64,000 nt of DNA from Octopus vulgaris (GCA_951406725.2 OX597821.1:109182001-109246000); one strand, 5' to 3'; numbered from the stretch's first letter, positions 40,763-55,368 are shown. Numbers and translations: made by a program. Notes: generated by a model not told the origin, from the sequence alone.

Positions 40763-41656
40763 AAAAAATGAAGTTCGAAAATGCTGCTATATTATACAAT
40801 TTTTAATTTTTATATATACATTATAACATGTTTCAGTTCCTGAAATGAACCTTATCAAAAAAAGGTATATATAAAAAAAGACAGCTCATGCCGTCAAACA
40901 CAAGAAATTCATTTATAATACACAACGGAGTCAGACATCTTAGAGTTCATGTATAGTTGATATATAGTTTGAAGTAAGTTCATTCATGCTATATGTTCAA
41001 AGTGTTCGATGCAGTGGCCCACGGTGGCGATACGTATTCAATACAAAAAACAGATCAAAGTGGTGGAAAGCAGTCAATACAGAAGATTGATGTTTCCGAA
41101 AGAGCGAGGAATTCATTTTTACCTTAAGCAATTGTGATGACCCATGGTGGGTGTTAGCTGGGTGGTTCTGTACTAAGGCAAGCTTATATATACATGCCTA
41201 GATTCGCATGTATATACATAATATACATACACATAGATACCATAACTATGCCCAAAGGAAGACAGCGAGAAGAGAGATATGGAAAGAGATAGAAAGAGAG
41301 AGAGAGAGAGAGAGAGGCATACATCAGCGTATTCGATTATCAGGCTGCGTACTTGTAAGTGTGCGTACTTGTAAGTGTGCGTACTTGTAAGTGTGTGTGT
41401 GTGTGTGTATGAGTGTGTGTTTGTGAATGTGCCTGTGTGAATGTATGCGCGTCTGTTTTTATCTGTCTGCGTATATGCATATGAATGTATTGAGTACATG
41501 TGTGTGTGTGTGTGTATGTATGTGTGTATGTTACTAAGTATTTGTTTTTCTATATGAAACTATACACATGTGTGTGTGCTTGCGAATCTAGGCATGTATA
41601 TATAAGCTTGCCTTAGTACATGTATGCACATACATGTGTGTGTGCACGCACACACG

Positions 41657-41689
<33 letters not shown>

Positions 41690-41898
41690 CATGTGACCGC
41701 GTGTGTACCGTTGGCGATTTATTTTCCTTCGTCTTCCCTTCTTTGGATCTTTCCTTTTTCCTATTTTTCTGACGAAGAGCTCCGCTCGAAACGTTAAATC
41801 CTCCATCTTTCCTTCTTTCTTGAGCGTCTAATAACACTATACTTGTTCCATGTCCTCGAGCTGTTGTGTTTTCTTTTTGTGTTTTCATGTTTGGATTA

Positions 41899-41900
<2 letters not shown>
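41690..41900 (+). mobile_element. Family E-related HHR repeat
   Basis: HHR followed by GAGCGT..AATA..CTTGTT tail similar to the 56 kb copy; flanked by (TA)n. Confidence 0.5.
41766..41798 (+). ncRNA. Minimal type I hammerhead ribozyme
   Basis: TTT-CTGACGA-A-GAGC TCC GCTC-GAA-ACGT-T-AAA; intact core, weak stem I. Confidence 0.65.
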
Positions 41901-41975
<75 letters not shown>

Positions 41976-42074
41976 ATATATATATATAGGAATACTTATA
42001 TGCGATTGTGAGTGGATTAATGAGCGCTTTGCCTATATCAATATTCCTGTGTGTTTCAGCAACGACGGGAAGAA

Positions 42075-42129
<55 letters not shown>

Positions 42130-42510
42130 CACACACACAGTATCCGGTATCGCGTATCTGCTACATTGTAGCGAGATCATCTGTGATACACGCTCCAGTG
42201 CACAAAACCACAATATCTATTACGAAATGATATCTAATTGATTTTTTCTACAGCTCCACTGTACATGTGATACGCTGTACTTTGTCTTTATTCTGTTTTA
42301 TGTAGCTGTTGTTGTTGTTCTTCTTCTTCTTCTTCTTCTTCTTGCTGTTGTTTTATTTGTCATTATATATTTTAATATATAATGATTTTTACATCATCAT
42401 GTCTACTCGTATATGTTTTCGTACGTATTCTCCTAAATCCACGCTGATCTTGTTACCGTTCATTCCCTTTCTGTGTAGCTATCTATCATACACTCAGACA
42501 TACGCACACT

Positions 42511-42541
<31 letters not shown>

Positions 42542-42664
42542 ACACACACAACACACGTACACACACAACACACGCGCAAACTCACACGCATACATGCACA
42601 TACATACACGCCCACACACATATGCATTCACATGAGAACTCATATATATATGCACATACACCTA

Positions 42665-42700
<36 letters not shown>

Positions 42701-43322
42701 ACGCTGACACATATATCTACTATATTAATGCGAGTGTATGTGGTTATGTATGTGTTAAGCCACGAAAGACTCTGAAACACACACACACACACACACACAC
42801 ATACACATACATAGTGAATATCATTTTCGAAATATGCGTCCCAAAGACAATGTTGTCCGTAAACGAAAATAGAAATATGTATAATTTGCTATGAAATACA
42901 ATTCAACTTTAAGTCTACAAATCTTACACTCTCTATCACCATCAAGCGATCTCTCTATATATTTACCACACACTTCGTCTGTCTGTCTCTCTTTATCTCT
43001 CTCTCTTTCTCTCTCTCTCCCTCTCTCTCTCTCTCTCTCAATCTCACTCGCTCGGTATGTTATCAACTCTCACGAATTGCTGAAAACATCGTCATTTAAT
43101 GCTTACTTTCATTTTATGACAGTTATCAAGTACAAATCCTGCTTTGTGAGTGGGTGAAAATTATCAAATTTTAAACTTCTGTGGCATTTTAAAAGTATTT
43201 TTCCTAGAATAAATGAATGACACAATCAGATTCAGCATGAAAAAGACACCAAGATACCAAATTTGAACATTTTCACTTTTTCTTAAAATTTCAAAACCTG
43301 AGACGGCAACAGAAAAGATCTG

Positions 43323-43414
<92 letters not shown>

Positions 43415-43760
43415 ACTGTCTCATTCATTTTACACTTTTTCCATGGTAGACTTACCGCCTCGCTATACATTTTCACTACACTCTCACACTCTATGAAATT
43501 ATATCGCTCACGCGATATATATCCTATCGATCTACGAGGATAATTCAAAACTTATCTCTGTTCTTCCATGGAGCACACTCTATAACAAAAGGAAAAATTT
43601 AGGTCGATCAAGATCAAACCACGATTGCGTAACTAGAAGAGTACAATCTTTTAGGCGAGCACGGAAGCCAGTGCAGTCAACCGAAAGAAAGTTTAACGAA
43701 AGTGCAGATAATTTTTACTTCACCCAATATATCACACACACACAGATGCGCACAGATATC

Positions 43761-43791
<31 letters not shown>

Positions 43792-43840
43792 GTGTGTATG
43801 TGTGTGTGTGTGTGTGAGTGTGTCTGTAAAATAAAATAGA

Positions 43841-44143
43841 CACTCTGTCGGTTACGACGACGAGGGTCCCAGTTGATCTGATCAACGGAAGAGTCTGCTC
43901 ATGAAATTAACGTACAAGTGGCTGAACGCTCCACAGACACATTTAGCTTTAACGTAGTCCTCAGGGAGATCCAGCGTGACACATACTATAACGAGGCTGA
44001 CCCTCTAAAATACAGGCCCTACTTATTTTTGCGAGACAAGACGACTCGTGCAACGTGAAATAAAGTGTCCTGATCAAGGACACAACGTGTCGCCGAGAAT
44101 TGAACTCAAGATCGTGAGCCGAATATCCTATCCACTAAGTTAC
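43841..44143 (-). mobile_element. Diverged SINE family C
   Basis: CTGTCGGTTACGACGACGAGGG tail homologous to the reverse complement of 4715-4740. Confidence 0.7.
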
Positions 44144-44379
44144 GTGAATATGTGAATATATAAAAAATGGTGTATATATATGCATATATGTGTGTTATAT
44201 ATATATCCATTTAATACTTATATGTACGGTGAGCTGGAGGAATCGTTAGCACGTTGGGGCGAAATGCTTAGCAGTATTTCGTCTGCCGTTACGTTCTGAG
44301 TTCAATGTAATCGACTTAATCCTTTTGTATGTCCTTTTTTGTCCCCTTTATGTTTAACCCCCAGTGTGTAATAAAGGAA

Positions 44380-44445
<66 letters not shown>

Positions 44446-44696
44446 ATAGAAATGGTAAGACAACAAAAGGAAGAAAGAGACCTCGATATTATGTAAAAAG
44501 AGGAATTTATCTGTAAATGTAATATCTGACAATTATTCCGTAGCCATGATAAAACTCCGAGTTATAACGGCCATTTTCATAGTATTTTTTTCCATGGCCG
44601 GATAAGTGAAGAGATGGCGGCGTGGATTTCCACCTTGGCATCCGAAACTCGGAGTTTTATCATGGCTACCGAATAATTGTCACATATTAAATTTAC

Positions 44697-44745
<49 letters not shown>

Positions 44746-44749
<4 letters not shown>

Positions 44750-45002
44750 CGTAACCGACCAGGCTATCAGATGTTGTTACACATCGCTGGTCACAATGCG
44801 TCATCAAATGACGCCACCCCGCTGGCTAAGCGAGCAGGTCAACAGAAGAAGGACTGAGAGAAAGTTGTGGCGAAGGAGTACAGCAGGGATTGCCAACATC
44901 CCCTGCCGGAGCCGCGTGGAGCTTTTAGGTGTTTTCGCTCAATAAACACTCACAACGCTCGGTCTGGGAATCGAAACCGCGAGTCCGCTGCCCTAACCAC
45001 TG
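44746..45002 (-). mobile_element. SINE family C
   Basis: Reverse complement of 8963-9260. Confidence 0.85.
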
Positions 45003-45240
45003 ACTATCTCAGCGTCCTCGTCAAGATGCGATGAGATCTTGGGCAAGATGTTCGTTCATGTGCTTCTGAAACCAACAGATGATGAGTCTTGTGGGTATTC
45101 GTGGATATTCCGATTATTTTCTGAAATCTTAGGATGATCTCCTTACGTTTTGAGAGCCAATTACGAAACTTAATATCGTCTAGTTTTAAACTCACCACCT
45201 GATCCTTAGCAGCTTTTAGCGATGTTAACTCTGAGGCAAT

Positions 45241-45303
45241 TAATTTAGGGCAGGTCCCCATCTTAATGATAACTTCTTTTCATCTAACCAGTCTTGAAGA
45301 CCC
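45241..45303 (-). CDS. Possible terminal exon coding part GLQDWLDEKKLSLRWGPALN* (alternative candidate: 55906-55901, H*)
   Basis: Acceptor TTGACTTTTACAG; phase 0 matches the 57306 donor; lies in a unique block. No independent support. Confidence 0.25.
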
Positions 45304-45870
45304 TGTAAAAGTCAATGGTTATCAGGGGCGTCCTTCCCTCCTTCAATAAACGATGAGAAACATATTGGCGCAGAAAAAGTTTCGAACTAACGCAAGCTTC
45401 TGGGGAACAAAGAGTCTTCTTTGAAGTCAGTCAACTTTACGAGAAATAACAGGTAAATTTATCCTTAAATCATGACCGAGCTCTTAGAAAAATGGAAAGA
45501 CACGTTGCACAATGTATATTCAATGAAATACAAAACGATCGGATAATCAGAGCTGGAATGCTTTCGATAATAGGGATACTCCAATGCAGCTGCGCTGAGG
45601 CTAGACAGCAGCGCAAATTTGACTTCTATTTTGCGTCGACCCTTGTATGGATGGAAGACAAATTCACCACTAGTTTAAGATTTGAGTTCAACTCGTTGTA
45701 AGAGAGTTTCTGCTGGGCATATTCCATTTGCTCAAGCATTCTACAAATTCTGCGACATATCGCCTTCCATATATTCAATCATGATAACCCAACAGAACTG
45801 CACTATTTTTCTTCATTTTTTTTTTGCACGTATGTCAAATGGGGAATTGCAGGCACATGAAGATTATTGT

Positions 45871-46004
<134 letters not shown>

Positions 46005-46573
46005 TTATTATTATTACTATTATTATTATTATTATTATTGTTATTATTATTATTATTATTTTTTTTTTTTTTATATTTGAGAAGGATTGTGTGCAGTTTA
46101 ATTTTCATTTTTTTTTTTATTTTCGTCTTTTATCTTTAATTTTTTATTCTTTTTTTATTTGTTATTTTCCTTCATGATTTTTCTCTTTTTTTTTTTTTTC
46201 AACCTCTATCAGTCATATCAGGCGAAATGCATATTGATATCGTAGAAATACAGGCGACTCCTGTATTATGGGAATAGTTGAGGCATGTTTAATATTACAC
46301 CATTCTCTGCCTGCTCTTTCCAACTGCGATCTTTCTTTTTTTTTTTTTTTCTATCGCAGAAACAGGCGCAACAATGACAGCAGCAGCAGCACCAGCAGCA
46401 GCAACAAGCAAAAGGTACCACAGCGCCAACAACAGAGACAAGGACATTATGTATAAACCGCATCGACAACAACAATGGCATTGGATGTGACGAAAATCAT
46501 TAAGCGATGATGTGGTTATTGATGATAATGGTGATTGTGGTGGTGGAGGCAGTAGTAGTTGTAGTAGTAGTAA

Positions 46574-46636
<63 letters not shown>

Positions 46637-46656
46637 AGTGGTGGTGGATTAGTCCG

Positions 46657-46888
46657 ACGAGCTGGCAGAAGTGTTAGCACGCCGGGCGAAATGCTTCGCG
46701 GTATTTCGCCTGCCGCTATGTTCTGAGTTCAAATTCCGCCGAGGTCGACTTTGCCTTTCATCCTTTCGGGGTCGATTAAATAAGTACCAGTTACGCACTG
46801 GGGTCGATATAATCGACTTAATCCGTTTGTCTGTTCTTCTTTGTCCTCGCTGTGTTTAGCCCCTTGTGGGTAGTAAAGAAATAGGTAT
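46657..46888 (+). mobile_element. SINE family A within (AGT)n
   Basis: Consensus match; other partial copies at 44227-44380 and 49734-49785. Confidence 0.85.
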
Positions 46889-46922
46889 TAGTGCTGGTAA
46901 CTGTACGAGTAGTAGCAGCATC

Positions 46923-46972
<50 letters not shown>

Positions 46973-47091
46973 AAGTAGTTGTGAAGTGGTGATGGTAGTG
47001 GTGGTGAAAGTAGTAGTAGTTTTGGTAATAGTTGTACTGGAAGTAGTAGGAGGAGCAGCAGAAACAGTAGTAATAGTAGTAGTAATATTAA

Positions 47092-47169
<78 letters not shown>

Positions 47170-47405
47170 CTGGTTGTCGACGTTCAAGTTAATCTCTGAT
47201 CGAAAATACTTATAATCAAAAACATCCCAGCCCTGGCCATCCCTATGCATTTGTGGGGCTAACCAGGACTATACAATATACACACAATTAACTGCTAGCA
47301 ATGACGCGGTATTTCGCTTTTACCATCATAATATACGACGAAGGTTTACTCGCCAATACTTTCGTGTTAGCAGTGCGATGTTCTCGTTTTAAAATTTATC
47401 TCAAC

Positions 47406-47775
47406 AGGCGCAGGAGTGGCTGTGTGGTAAGTAGCTTGCTAACCAGCCACACTGTTGCTGGTTCAATCCCACTGCGTGGCATCTTGGGCAAGTGTCTTCT
47501 GCTATAGCCTCGGGCCAACCAATGCCTTGTGAGTGGATTTGGTAGACGGAAACTGAAAGAAGCCTGTCGTATATATGTATATATATGTATATGTGTGTGT
47601 GTTTGTGTGTCTGTGTTTGTCCCCCTAGCATTGCTTGACAACCGATGCTGGTGTGTTTACGTCCCCGTCACTTAGCGGTTCGGCAAAAAGAGACCGATAG
47701 AATAAGTACTAAAAGTTGGTGCTCCAGCATGGCCGCAGTCAAAATGACTGAAACAAGTAAAAGAGTAAAGAGTAA
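47406..47775 (+). mobile_element. SINE family B
   Basis: Consensus match. Confidence 0.85.
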
Positions 47776-47930
47776 AGAGAGAGAGAGAGAGATTTTATAA
47801 AATTCCGAGCCAATACTAAAAGTTTGGACGTTACGTATACGAACGCATTCATGTAAATAATGTTACAGAAATAGCAAAATACAGTTTGTAGGTGTATAAT
47901 ATACACCCACTATGCGTATACACTGTATAT

Positions 47931-48180
47931 GTTAGTTAGTTAGTTAGTTAATTTGGCTCAAAAGCAAATAGCAAGGCCATGTAGGGGGACATGGAGTTAA
48001 GTACAGGGTGGTGTTCATGTAAAGAGTTCAGGCCACTTGAGGTCCAGGGAGGCTTTGAACAAAGCGGTCGTCGGCATCTTCACCATCTCGTCTGGCAGCT
48101 TGTTCCACGGATCCGCAACCCGGACGGAGAAAGCTCCTCTCCTTCGATTGAGATGAAATCGTCGCAGGTAGAGCTTGGCG
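47931..48180 (-). mobile_element. CR1/L2-group LINE 3' end
   Basis: RRGAFSVRVADPWNKLPDEMV..FKASLD ORF2 C-terminus; (CTAA)n tail. Confidence 0.8.
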
Positions 48181-48448
48181 CAAAAGTACGATACAATACT
48201 GACGTGTAAATCTCCAATATACTCAGTAGTATAATGTGGTTTCAAAACGAAATCGTGTCCTTCCTCAGCAATTAATAAGTATGTACTAGTTGCCGGGAAT
48301 GTGTTTGATATATAAGTTGGTTTCCCAATAGTGTCACACCTTTAAATGTAGTGGGTATTAAACAGTGTGTTCGCGAATAGTTGAGACGTTGGATGTGGTG
48401 CTCACAAAAGAGCAATAACTCTTGAAATATGCATATATTCGTGTGTGC

Positions 48449-48505
<57 letters not shown>

Positions 48506-48680
48506 TGCATATGTGTATGTGTGAGAGCGTTTGGTCAGTCAGATTCGCAAGGAGCCAGGAAAGCGTCGATTTGTGAGTTCAATTCTGCCTGAGGTTAGCT
48601 CATCACTTTTCAGTTATTTGTTTATATTTAACGCTTCAAATCGGAGAATAAATATCGTTATGACGTATATCATATATATA

Positions 48681-48746
<66 letters not shown>

Positions 48747-48863
48747 CATACATACATACATACATACATACATACATACATACATACATACATACATACA
48801 TACATACATACATACATACATAGTTAAATAGACAGTCAGAGAATTATAACTTGATTGGCAGAC

Positions 48864-48952
<89 letters not shown>

Positions 48953-49116
48953 TAGATATAAAAACAGAGAGAGAGATACACATAACGATACTTGGGGATA
49001 AATGCTGGAGAAACTATTAATATGATATACACATGCACATATATAGTAATACACACACTCAATAGCACACGCATACACACATACATGTAGCCACACACAC
49101 ACACATGTACGCACAA

Positions 49117-49147
<31 letters not shown>

Positions 49148-49251
49148 TACACATACACGTAGCGCGTGGGAAATCTATAAAACCTACCTAATCTTCGCAA
49201 TATGCATATGACACACATTTTGATGAAATGAATGGGAACTGCACACGCATG

Positions 49252-49292
<41 letters not shown>

Positions 49293-49785
49293 ACACACTC
49301 GCACACACACACGCACGCTGACACAAACACACACAAAAACGCGCGCGCACAAACACCATACACACACAACCATACAAACAAGCAAACAAACAATACAAAA
49401 TATTATATACAATTTCGCAATGAATAGAATCTTTTGGCGTAAGGATTCTGCGATTCTTCATCTTTGTTGGCTGCTTCTCTTCAAGAGCATATCGATTTCT
49501 CAACGAGCGTGTCAAAGAATTTTTAGCGAAATTCGATATTCAATACGTCATCAACTTGCCACTGTACAAAGTCTTCTGTGGAATTTTGTCTGAAAAACTG
49601 TCATAACTAGCTAGGTGTTATTATTATTATTATTATTGTTGTTGTTGTTGTTGTTGCTGCTGCTGTTGTTGTTGTTGTTGTTGTTGTTATTATTATTATT
49701 GTTGTTGTTGTTGTTACTATCATTATTATTACTGAGGTGACGAGCAGGCAGAATAGTTAGCACGCCGGGCGAAATGCTTAGCGGC

Positions 49786-51000
49786 GATATAGTTTCAATC
49801 TCATCGTTACAGAATCGGCATTTTGCGTCAGCTCCATTTTTTTTATCACATTTGGCTTGGTAGTTCCGGATTAATAAGCTTTGGTCTTGAGCAGCTAATA
49901 TGAAACCTTCACTCTCTGATTTTAGCCCTGAGCTTCCTAACCATTGATGCGTGTGTTTCTGGTCGACATCAGATTGTTTGCTACGGGCTACATACTTGCC
50001 ATGGAGAGGTTTCTGTTCCCATCTGCTAGCTAATTTTTCATCTGCTTTTGTCTTTGCAATTAATTTTATTTTTTTTGCAGCAGCAATTGGCGCAATGCCT
50101 TCAGCCTGATCAATCTGGTAGGTATCTAAGAGATCAGTAGCGAATTTTTTGCTCTCTTTCAGAATAGAGTGAAGTTTTTTCAGTCTTTCATATTTTTCAA
50201 CAAGTTTTAGCATCCAATCGTTGGTTGCTTCAAGGTATTTGGCCAGTCCGATTGTGGTGGTTTTGTATGTAAGTTCAAGCTAGATCAAACCTCGACCTCC
50301 CTGAGCTCTAGTAAGGTAAAGACGATCCACGTCTGCCTTTGGATGGTGCATCTTATTACAAGTAAGTAACTTGCGGGTTTTTCTCTCAATTTTCATTATT
50401 TCACTGCTATTCCAGTTAAGCACATAGAAGCTATAAAGTACAACTGGGACTGCTAAGGAATTTATAGCTAACACCTTATTATATGCATTCAGCTCAGACT
50501 TCATGACTGCTCAAACTCTTCTATAACATTCCTTCCTAACCTTCTCTTTCATGCTTGCTTGCTGGATACCAGAGCTTTCATTTATTCCTAGGTATTTAAT
50601 GGTTTGTTCCTGCTCAAGTTCCTTTATTACTGTTTCGACATCTAATTCGATTGAACTTGACTTTACAAATTTCCCTTTCTTAAAAGTAGCTTTGGCACAC
50701 TTTTCAAGGCCAAACTCCATCCCAATATCACCACTGAATCCTTTCACAGTATGTAGTAGTCCTTCAAGCTCTTCATCATCTTTGCTATATAGTTTTAAAT
50801 CCTCCAAATAAAATAGATGGCTTATTTTTCTGTCGTCAATTTTGTAGCCATGCCCTGTGCTATTCAGTTCACTTGAGAGTGGTATTAGTGCTATGCAGAA
50901 TATTAGTGGTGAAAGTGAGTCACCTTGGAAAATGCCACAGTTTATGCTAATATTGTTTGAGCGCAATACTCCATTAGAATGATGAAATTGGAGCTTCGTA
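49786..51000 (-). mobile_element. R4/Dong-like LINE reverse transcriptase fragment
   Basis: GIFQGDSLSPLIF, SHLFYLEDLKLY (YxDD decayed), IGMEFGLEKCA, GGRGL, AAQDQ, CRFC knuckle; frameshifts and stops. Confidence 0.9.
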
Positions 51001-51288
51001 ATTGAAATTGGATATGGAGTGACACAATGGTAGGCAATGTTAATTAATTAATAAATTAATATATATCCATTGTATCTCTCCATTTGCAAACTTATATGTA
51101 CACATTCATATAAACTTAATTTTTTATAAAGTATGTGTGTTTGCATCAAAGTACATACATACATGCATACATACGTACATACATACATAGATGTGTCTAT
51201 ATATAAACATATACATAGTTACAAACATACATTTATATATATATATATTTATACATATATATGTATGTATGTTTGTATGTATATATAT

Positions 51289-51324
<36 letters not shown>

Positions 51325-51388
51325 TTCTATGAACGTATATATATGGATATTGATACATTTGTGTGTACGCATTTATATGTACATCGAA

Positions 51389-51760
51389 CACTCCCTCGGT
51401 TACGACGAAGAGGTTCCAGTTAATCCGATCAACGGAACAGCCTGCTTGTGAAATTAACGAGCAAGTGGCTGACCACTCCACAGACACGTCTACCCTTAAC
51501 GTAGTTCTCAGGGAGATTCAGCGTGACAACAGAGTGTGACAAGGCACGCCCTTTGAAATACAAGTACAACAGGAACAAGAAGAAAGAGTGAGAGAAAGTT
51601 GTGGTGAAAGAGTACAGCAGGGTTCGCCATCAACCCCTGCCGGAGCCTCGTAGAGCTTTAGGGGTTTTATTTCAATAAACACTCACAACGCTCAGTTTGA
51701 GAATCGAAACCGCAATCCTACAACTGCGAATCCGCTGCCCTAACCATTGGGCCTCCACTA
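51389..51760 (-). mobile_element. SINE family C, full length
   Basis: Reverse complement of 4363-4746. Confidence 0.85.
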
Positions 51761-51833
51761 TATATGTACTTATATGAATACATACACGCTTAGGTACTAA
51801 TATGTATATCCATATGTGTGTGTATCTTCTATG

Positions 51834-51893
<60 letters not shown>

Positions 51894-52362
51894 GTATATG
51901 CAGATGTATGTATGCATATACTTATATGGGTTTACATACATACATTAATAACCACACATGTACATATATACATATAAATAATGGATATATATGTGTATAT
52001 ATATAAATATACATACATACATATATATATAAACTCACATATGTATATGATTTTATGTATGTATAACTGTAGGTTATTATTTATGTGTATATGTTCAAGT
52101 GTGTATATACATCCATATATATATACATACATACATAAATATACACGTGTTAATAAGTACACTTGTATTCAATGGTCGTACCTCATATATTTTCTATAAA
52201 GTAGATATTGCACCTGCTTCCTCTTGGCCATCTACAAGGACTGCTCGAAGCCCTCTTGGGAAATGCACAATAGCAGAAACTAACACCAGACGAACGGTGT
52301 TAATATTGCAGTAAGATGGGTCACTGTTTCATCCATCACGCGATCGTTATCTTTCTTACTCA

Positions 52363-52393
<31 letters not shown>

Positions 52394-53127
52394 CGTGGAT
52401 CCCACACGCACATAAAACGTAGAAACACATATACACATACAGGTGCTTGTGTGTGTGTTTGTGTGTGTGTATGAGTGTGTGTGTGTTTGTGTGTGTGTAT
52501 GAGTGTGTGTGTATTTGTGTGTGTGTGTGTGTATGAGTGTGTGCGTGTGACTGTGTGTGTGTGTGTGTATGTGAGCTTAAAATATTTTGTCGCTTATCTG
52601 CTTATATATATTTTTTTTATTGGTTGAATATCTTCTCATCGAACTTTACATACATACATACATATATACATACACGCATACATACATACACACATACATG
52701 CATACATACATACATACATACATACATACATACATACATACATACATACATACATACATACATACATACATAGACAAACTTCCCTATACTGAAACTAAGC
52801 AAGCACACACACACATCAAAGATATACACACATATGTATGCATGTATGTATGTATGTGTGTGTGTATACATCTTTTAAATATTTCAACTGCAAAGTTGCG
52901 GTCATGCTGGAGCGCATTTTAAACTTTCACCTTTGTGGTGCTAATGAACTTATGCAAGTGCCAATGATGTTTTCATTTAGCTAATGAGCAAAAACTGTAA
53001 TTCTTTGTTTAAACAACAGTAAAATTAATTTTTCCTAAATTATTTTTTTTCCTTTTGTCAATCTTTCAAATGTGTGAGGTATTTCTGCCATACCCTGTAT
53101 ATATATGTATATATATATATATATATA

Positions 53128-53304
53128 TGAAATACAAAATGGGACAAGAACGCGAATCATCCGGACAGTTATGTGATACAAAAATGAGGTAACAAAACAT
53201 CCAGATGGATGATACAAAGAAAACAAGGAAGGGTCATTCGAAGTTTTCTTTCCTCAGTCAAGTACCAGGTTATCGTCGCAATTTCGACTGATTATACTTG
53301 AGAT
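53128..53304 (-). mobile_element. Short repeat family G copy
   Basis: Homology to 37342-37475; (TA)n flanks. Confidence 0.45.
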
Positions 53305-53382
53305 ATATATATACGGAGAGATAAATAGATAGATGGATGGATAGATTTATAGATAGAGAGACAGATATACACATACATACAA

Positions 53383-53413
<31 letters not shown>

Positions 53414-54003
53414 TACGTATACACACATGCTCACAGATATGTGTATGAATGTTTATATATACTTATATATGCGGATATATATACATATACATATATATGT
53501 ATAGAGTGTTAAAATTAAAATTAGTCAAAGGATATACTTAGTATGTCTGCCTGCTGGAAATAACAGTCAAAGCTCTTATTTAGATCGCCCAAAATATACT
53601 GATGATAACTACAGAAATTAAACGAAATCAGATTATGTTAATAAAATCTCTGAAGAACATATAAGTATAAGGGCTCACGTGGACCGGTTTCTGTATTGGC
53701 AAAATAAATGAATTACTTTAACTTCTTTAGCACGTGTCACTACTCATGACTGTTGTTTGAATTCGGTGCAAAACGAATCAGTTACAGCACAGATTTCGAT
53801 ACGAGCAGTTGAGGTGCTGAAGAAGTTAAGGTAATTTATTTAAATTATTTGTTCTTTAAATAAATTTATTTATTTTGTCAATACAGAAACCGGTCCACGT
53901 GAGTCCTTATACTTAAATGTACGTTGAGAGATTTTATTAACCTTATCTGATTTCGTTTGATTTCTGTAGTTATCATCAGTGTGTAATGTGAGGCAAGGTT
54001 CAC

Positions 54004-54423
54004 AGTGTTGGTATCAACCGCTGTGGCTAAAATGGTTTGCACATTGTGAGGTAGAGGGGAAAAGAAAAGCTTCCGTAAGAGCGAGTTGTCCTCAGTCGTG
54101 TTGCCCAGTTCGCGTAGATGCCGTAAAAATTGAGACGGCGTCCTGTCTCCTAGCTTCTCGTCCTGCATTAGCTGCTTCAACTTAGACTCCGCGGATTTAG
54201 TGTTCAGTCGGAGAACCTCGGATTTGACTACCTCGTAAGTCGCATCCGGACGAGGATCAATGATAAGATTCCTGACTGAAGTAGCGAGTGGTTCGGGAAT
54301 GCTACAAAGGAGAAGATTCAATCGTCGCTGCGAAGGTACCGCATGTGCCGCAAAATACGCCTCCAACTGTGCGAACCAAAGCGTGACGTCACCAGTGAAA
54401 GAAGGAAGACTAGGTAAACTCAT
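54004..54423 (-). pseudogene. gag: Truncated gypsy gag
   Basis: MSLPSLPSFTGDVTLWFAQLEAYF..YEVVK..LGDRTPSQFLRHLRELG..LF...LP..VQ.IL, typical of invertebrate gypsy Gag; cut by the deletion. Confidence 0.8.
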
Positions 54424-54834
54424 TTTAAACTCATTTTTTTTTTCTGTCGGAGGAGAAAAAGAAAAGGACCAAACAACCGACAAAAATTGTTGCTGGAAAT
54501 AGCAGAGCGTGCGAGAAAAAAATTTTTATGAGCAAAATTTATTGAATTGTGTACTATATGCACAGACAAGAAAAACAATTTCGTCGCTAAACTTATTGTT
54601 GTACTGAAAGAAAACAAAATAAAAATGCCAAAAACACTGTGATTGTATGTGTGTGCTTGTACCAATGACTTTAAAAAAATTTTTTGTCAGTTGAAAAAGT
54701 CGCCAGAAAATGGCGCGCGACTGGTATTGACTTGCTTCCATGTTGGGGCAATTCAAATGTGGCGGCAGATGGCTGGAATTTGAGTTGATTCTTCTGGCGC
54801 TCTGTATCTCCTTTCGGCTGCCGGAGAGTCTTTA

Positions 54835-54851
54835 CACGTTCGGGGTCACCA
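54835..54851 (-). promoter_or_regulatory. Primer binding site, tRNA-Trp
   Basis: TGGTGACCCCGAACGTG, 3 nt inside the LTR, complementary to the tRNA-Trp 3' end CACGTCGGGGTCACCA with one extra base. Confidence 0.75.
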
Positions 54852-55320
54852 TTTTATAATAGGAGGCAAGGTTCACGATATCGGATGAATATCGCCTTCT
54901 CCCGTTAAAATTGTTCTTTGTGCTGTTTCACGCTCCAGCAGGAGGTGCCGCTACAAGTGTATTTTTGGCGATTTAAGTAAGAGCTTTGTCTGTTATTTCC
55001 AGCAGGGAGACATACTTAGTATATCCCTTGATTAATTTTAATTTTAATACTTCAGCTATTTAAAGATTCTCTTCGGCCTCCGATCGCCTATATCATTAAT
55101 TCTGATATTATCATTTTTAAAATAGTCATTCTGGATGATAACAAAATTAATAATATCTTAGCAAATTAATTTTCGAGAATTATATAGCTACAACATCCCA
55201 ATAATAATACACACATGTATATACCTGAGTATTTGTAGAGATGAGCCACATTTGGAATTTAAAAATACAAATTCTCCGCATTACCTTCGAACATACAATT
55301 TTGGTAAGAATCCCTTCTTG

Positions 55321-55368
<48 letters not shown>

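Larger units (their letters stand above)
53982..54955 (-). mobile_element. Internally deleted Ty3/gypsy LTR retrotransposon
   Basis: 101-bp 5' LTR 54955-54855 starting TGTAG; PBS; gag; 22-bp remnant of the 3' LTR end at 53982-54003 ending CA; AGTG TSD at 53978-81 and 54956-59. Confidence 0.85.

Noticed and set aside
49420-49592. Possible terminal exon (QNSTEDFVQWQVDDVLNIEFR*)
   Set aside because: Phase is incompatible with the 57306 donor and there is no other support.
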